A stretch of 53,413 nt of DNA, counting the filler, from Sphacelaria rigidula (taxonomy: Eukaryota): the NCBI GenBank assembly GCA_964200075.2. It is 3 parts of 3 records of this genome, joined end to end, with 100 filler letters (N's around TTAATTAATTAA, not from the genome) between each part and the next. Parts side by side here need not be neighbours in the genome. Positions count along the whole stretch, not along the records: positions 35,677 to 53,413 come from CAXNAA020001005.1; 2 more parts are not named here. The stretch is one strand, 5' to 3'. This document shows, in pieces, positions 49,701 through 53,413 of this stretch. The first letter of the stretch is position 1, and each line of letters begins with the position of its first letter. Under the pieces are notes generated by a model that saw only the letters and a program-made list of their open reading frames with translations, had not been told where the DNA came from and ran no database searches. The position numbers were made by a program, and so were the translations under genes.

Positions 49701-51571
49701 CCAGGGCAACGACGACAGCGTGGGCTCACTTGAGGGTGAACTAGCCGAACTTACCGCCGTGGACATCGGCAGCGACACCCTCGCTTCATCTTCGCTCCCC
49801 ACACCAGCCCCCCTGGTAAACGAAACGGCAACCGCACCGTCGATGGCCCCGACGGCCGCTCCCGCAGGAATGGTTGCGTCGTCGGTGACTCCGACGGCCG
49901 CCCCCACCGGTGCGGTTACGTCGTCGGTGTCCCCGACGGTCGCTTCCACGGGCATGGTTGCGTCGTCGGTGTCCCCGACGGTCGCCTCTACAGGCATGAT
50001 TGATAGAGGTCTTGCGTCGAGCGCCCCTACCGCCGCCCCGCAGGCAAGCTTTGTCGTCTCCGTTTTCACTATGATGGATGCCAATCTCTCCACTTACCCC
50101 TAGTCGTTTATCTTATACAGCGTTCTTGTTGTCGACGTCTACGGCTGCCTTCCGTGTAAGCTCCGTCGGCCGCTTCTAGCTCATGATGTGCGTTATGATT
50201 TAGCCCCCTCCTCCCCCGCATTCCCTGTGAACAGTTGGCATCGGTTTGCGAGGACGATGTAAGACACGCCACTGACTGTGTAGGCACTATGTGAGGGCTG
50301 TGAAAGCTAGGCAACCGGGCTACCATTTTTTCACCTCCTTTGTGTAAGTCAGGCCGCTCCTTTTAACAGACCAAAATGGAAAATTTGGGGGAAAAGTGCC
50401 TTGTCGAAGCTCACGTCGTTTTCAGCCCCAAATGAGGGCTAGGAGGATTTTGACACCTTGGAATGACCTGCTGTACCAGTCGAGGCGGTTCGAGGACATC
50501 TTCCCGCTTTCCGGTGGCCGCAGTTTTTTATTTTGGTCGAACATTTTTTTTGTCCAAGAACGGTGAAAGTACGGTGAAAGTCATTCCAAGAGGTCAAACT
50601 TCTCTTAGCTGTACTTTGAGGCGTGATACGGCATAGGACCAGAGGCACCTTTCTATATATATATATATACATTTTCTCCTACAAGGAGCGACCTCTCCAG
50701 TAGGTCAGTCACCTCGCTGGTGGCACAATCATGATTTCCGAAACACCGCACTTGATCCCTCTGCTGGATTGTTACTGCGGTGATAGTCCCCTAGATTGCC
50801 GATACTTTGGTGGTGGTCCGTTTCGATCGGATAATCGCTTGTGTCGATCGTAAAGATGGACCTTGAATGGGGACATGTCATGTGCGTTGCCTCAACTCCC
50901 CTCCCCCCGCCCCTTGCGTCGATTGTATTTCGGATTGCATGTGGAACAGGTGACTACCCTCGCACCACTGGCTGAAGGAGAAACGTATGCCCCTACCGCT
51001 GCGGTTTCTCTTGCCCCGGGTGAAACTGCCGCCCCCGCAGTGGATGCCAGTGATGCACGAGGTGAGCGATGAACGGGAAGTCCCGGTCAACGCTCATCCC
51101 GCGATGCGGGTGGTCAGTCTGGATCGCGCGTCCTGTTTTCAAGTGAAATGGACGCCGATTCAGCAGGTCATTTACCGTCGCGGTCAACGGATTGAAAGTT
51201 AAAGACACAAACTCGTCGACTTGCGAGTTGTGCACCCGGGGCAAGCGTGGCGTGGGTGTTGACGTGGACGTGAAATGTACACGGCCTTCATTGCGGGTGT
51301 TATGTGTTGTCAAGCGTGTTCTTTTTGTGTTCCGTGAGTCGTACTGAGAACTGTCGACTGTCGATACCGTGCACACCTGGTTGCATGTACATGCCGTATC
51401 CTATGGAGTTACTTGATCCCCGGCGTCTCTTCCATGTGTTTCGGCCACCTGTGTGTGCTCGCCTCGTTACTTGCTGTGCCCCCTCTCTCCGACTCAGCTC
51501 GCACGTCCGGAGGCTACTACGTGTCGACGATCCTCGCATGTGTGGCTGGAGTTGTGATCCTGGCCCTCTAA
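38483..51571 (+). CDS. Secreted RCC1/BLIP-II-like seven-repeat beta-propeller protein with Ser/Thr/Pro-rich stalk and C-terminal hydrophobic (GPI-type) tail, 11 exons, 580 aa
   Basis: Exons 38483-38538, 38919-38989, 43644-43816, 44074-44289, 44679-44824, 45219-45381, 46113-46292, 47936-48117, 49674-50043 (GC donor), 50950-51061 and 51498-51571 (1743 nt; all phases agree). Signal peptide MKGQAALALVAATMGCFLTAEA; seven (K/M)C(W/F)GxxxxGQLG repeats, each preceded by GxxHxCA/FTCA-type motifs; ends DASDARARTSGGYYVSTILACVAGVVILAL*. Confidence 0.92.
40403..40775 (+). mobile_element. tRNA-derived SINE-like element, copy 3 (full length, long CA tail)
   Basis: A box TGGCTCAATTGG at 40417-40428, B box GGTTCGAATC at 40461-40470, conserved body, and a tail of about (CA)30 ending at 40775. 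Confidence 0.88.
40890..40938 (+). repeat. Short dispersed repeat shared with 33041-33090
   Basis: gtacggggcatctgaggcggacgctctccgtggtcacagactagcta versus gtacggggcatctgatgtggacgccttccgtggtgacagtactagcta. Confidence 0.75.
41305..41526 (-). repeat. Dispersed repeat, second copy of 31230-31420
   Basis: Reverse-complement similarity over ~150 nt; ends at a GGGGGGTTCTCATG motif. Confidence 0.78.
41996..42370 (+). repeat. Local direct repeat of ~50 nt (41996-42047 and 42318-42368)
   Basis: cgtatcgcccccacaacatcaacctgggcattgtgattcgagcacggtct versus cgtatcgccccaaaacaccgacttgggcactgcagtagagcgcggtct. Confidence 0.7.
48183..48540 (-). mobile_element. tRNA-derived SINE-like element, copy 4 (diverged, full length)
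   Basis: 5' end GCCGGTCGCCCCGGCGACTCAATTCG on the minus strand, B box GGTTCGAATG, conserved body and a short CA tail. Confidence 0.85.
48937..49303 (+). mobile_element. tRNA-derived SINE-like element, copy 5, inserted in a (TA)n tract
   Basis: GCCGGTCGCCCCGG followed by A box TGGCTCAGTTGG (48951-48962), a degenerate B box, the conserved body and a CA tail; (TA)n-rich sequence on both flanks. Confidence 0.87.
49840..49998 (+). repeat. Coding 42-nt (14-aa) tandem repeat, ~3.8 units, in the RCC1 protein stalk
   Basis: SMAPTAAPAGMVAS / SVTPTAAPTGAVTS / SVSPTVASTGMVAS / SVSPTVASTGM. Confidence 0.9.
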
Positions 51572-53413
51572 ACGTCACCACTGCTGAAGTGAGGACAACA
51601 TTCTCAGACCTGGAATTCGACTCCAATTTTGGCTGAAAAACAATCTTGTACGGAACATGGAGATAAAGATCAATTTTGCATGAAGGTAGCGTGGCGCAAA
51701 GCGAATGAATGTAGAGGAAGAAGTCGAAAATTGAAAACTGTGCCCTTGGGCACAAATTCGATTCACTTGTCGATAGTTGCCATCACCTACCCATGGAGGC
51801 TAAGCGAGTGTGAGGAGGCGCTATTGGATCCTGGACCCGCGTGCGACAACGCGCAACGGTAAGAACGATCCGGTGGGCGTGAAGGAACTGGCCAAGGCGG
51901 CAGACGTGATATTTTTGTTGGACGACGAGCATCTCTCGGACAGAGCGGTTCGCACAGTGCTGTTCGCAGGTCGTCACATCCGTTTTCGGGGCTTCGGTTT
52001 TGCCGTAAGCCACGAAACATCTACACGGAGGTCTTGCCCTATCATGGCCGCATACGTGAGTAAGTATGCTCACCTCGTCGGATGCACGGGCTCTCAAGAC
52101 TTGCCCGAACTCCCTCTCATGGGTGTTTCCATTGAGTCAGGATGGAGAGCTGGGGTTTGTGTACGGAGTTGTGGGTGTAGTTTGTACATCTTTTGAACGT
52201 GTTGCTCGCCTTTCGCTTCCTTTTGTACGATTTTCCGTGTATCCTCGCTTTAGTTTTTTATATCTCGCTGTATTGTTGAGTTCGCTGTCTCGAGCCCCTT
52301 CCTTTTGTATCACTCAATCACGTGTTTTTCCTGTTGAGTCGCTTCTTTGGACGCGATATGTGGTAAATAGCACTTGGGGTGTTTGGCATGACCTTTCTGG
52401 TTGTTCATTGTGCTGCGCACAATTGTGTTTTCATGTAAAAACTTGTGTAACTCTTCATGCTGGAAGCGAGACATGGCAGGGGGGCAGAGCACTTGCACGT
52501 TCTGACTGTGAGGAGGCATGCATGCATGAGTGGGTGCTGTAGGAGGGATTCATTCGGCTGTCCTCAACCTTGCGTTGGAGGGGGGCCTTCCCTGACTGTG
52601 TGACTTTGTAGTAGCCCCGAGGAGGGGCGGAGGGTGAAGATGTTGATGTCTCTGAGATGAACATGAACGTGAAAGAGGGACGAAGCACGTTATATGTGGT
52701 GAGCTTGAATTTTCGGTTCCTTTTTCCTGTTTGAGATATGCCCGGGCGATTCAGGTGGTGTTACATTAGTATTGAGCATGCTGGCGATTTTATCTGGTGT
52801 ACTCGGTGCCTCTGGGAACCGGAGTCGTGACTGCTCGGGAGGTGTAAAGTGCTGCTCGTTTGTGTTGTTGGCAGTTGCTGCCGTATCCCCTTGGGGAAAG
52901 TGTGCGCAGTACAGCGAGGCCATGCTTTCGTATCAATGAAATCCATTTAGGTTATTTGCCCAATGCAGTTGAAACGCAGGGAATGTTGCCTCTTTTTGAT
53001 TCGTTTTTGTTGTGGGTGTGTGTGTTTCGTCATCCGTCAAAAGTGACGAGTAAGAAACTGGCGGTCATTTGTCGTCACTGCTCTAAAAACGGTGGTGCGG
53101 TGCGTGACATGGCGTATCTGCTCTGTATTAATTTCCCTCTTTGTGTGTAGTGTACACCGTCGGTTGCTGCGCATACTGATGCACGGATTCATCACTTGTC
53201 GCTAATCTACCGAATCCAGCCGTCGCAATCATCGTCAAAATGTTACGGTAACTTGAAGCTAAGCTAGAGCAAAATTCGAACCGAAGGTCCACGAAAACTC
53301 TCGTGGCGAAGGGGGGGGGGGGGGGGGGGGGGGGGGGTACCCTTTTGTTGGTTTTTTTGGTTCTTTGCCTGTCCCCCCCCACCCCCTTTCGGGGGGGAGC
53401 CCCCTTCCCCCCC

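Noticed and set aside
51810-52196. 128-aa ORF containing VKELAKAADVIFLLDDEHL
   Set aside because: It starts at GTG, lies where the RCC1 gene's 3' UTR is expected, and has no supported acceptor or partner exon.
52614-52697. Exon-like block ending GTG|GTGAGC as an extra RCC1 exon
   Set aside because: In the required phase it stops after seven codons; exon 51498-51571 already supplies a coherent terminus.

Overview
Eukaryotic, intron-rich nuclear DNA of about 50% GC, most likely a brown alga (Phaeophyceae, Ectocarpus-like). This assignment is an inference from introns of 0.3-5 kb, a stramenopile SA-F plastid-targeting motif, an LHC gene and TTAGGG repeats. The window is three contigs joined by two 100-nt N/TTAATTAATTAA spacers (17739-17838, 35577-35676). 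I spliced five genes by hand: (1) a complete 11-exon urea transporter DUR3 (+, 2595-11372, 674 aa); (2) the 3' end of an LHC antenna gene (-, 15439-17492), with its 5' part lost at gap 1; (3) a complete two-RRM SR splicing factor (-, 21586-26572, ~255 aa) whose first intron has a GC donor and a competing frameshifting GT donor or poison exon; (4) a plastid-targeted [2Fe-2S] ferredoxin-like gene (+, 26925-35182), head-to-head with the SR gene and with its 3' end lost at gap 2; (5) a complete 11-exon secreted seven-repeat RCC1-like propeller with a Ser/Thr/Pro stalk and a GPI-type tail (+, 38483-51571, 580 aa). The introns carry six copies of a tRNA-derived SINE with a (CA)n tail, a 330-nt foldback, a TIR-bounded composite element and several short dispersed repeats. 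Three sets of unidentified exon-like segments are low confidence; one set is nested antisense inside the ferredoxin intron. Most ORFs in the six-frame track are noise or antisense shadows of real exons.
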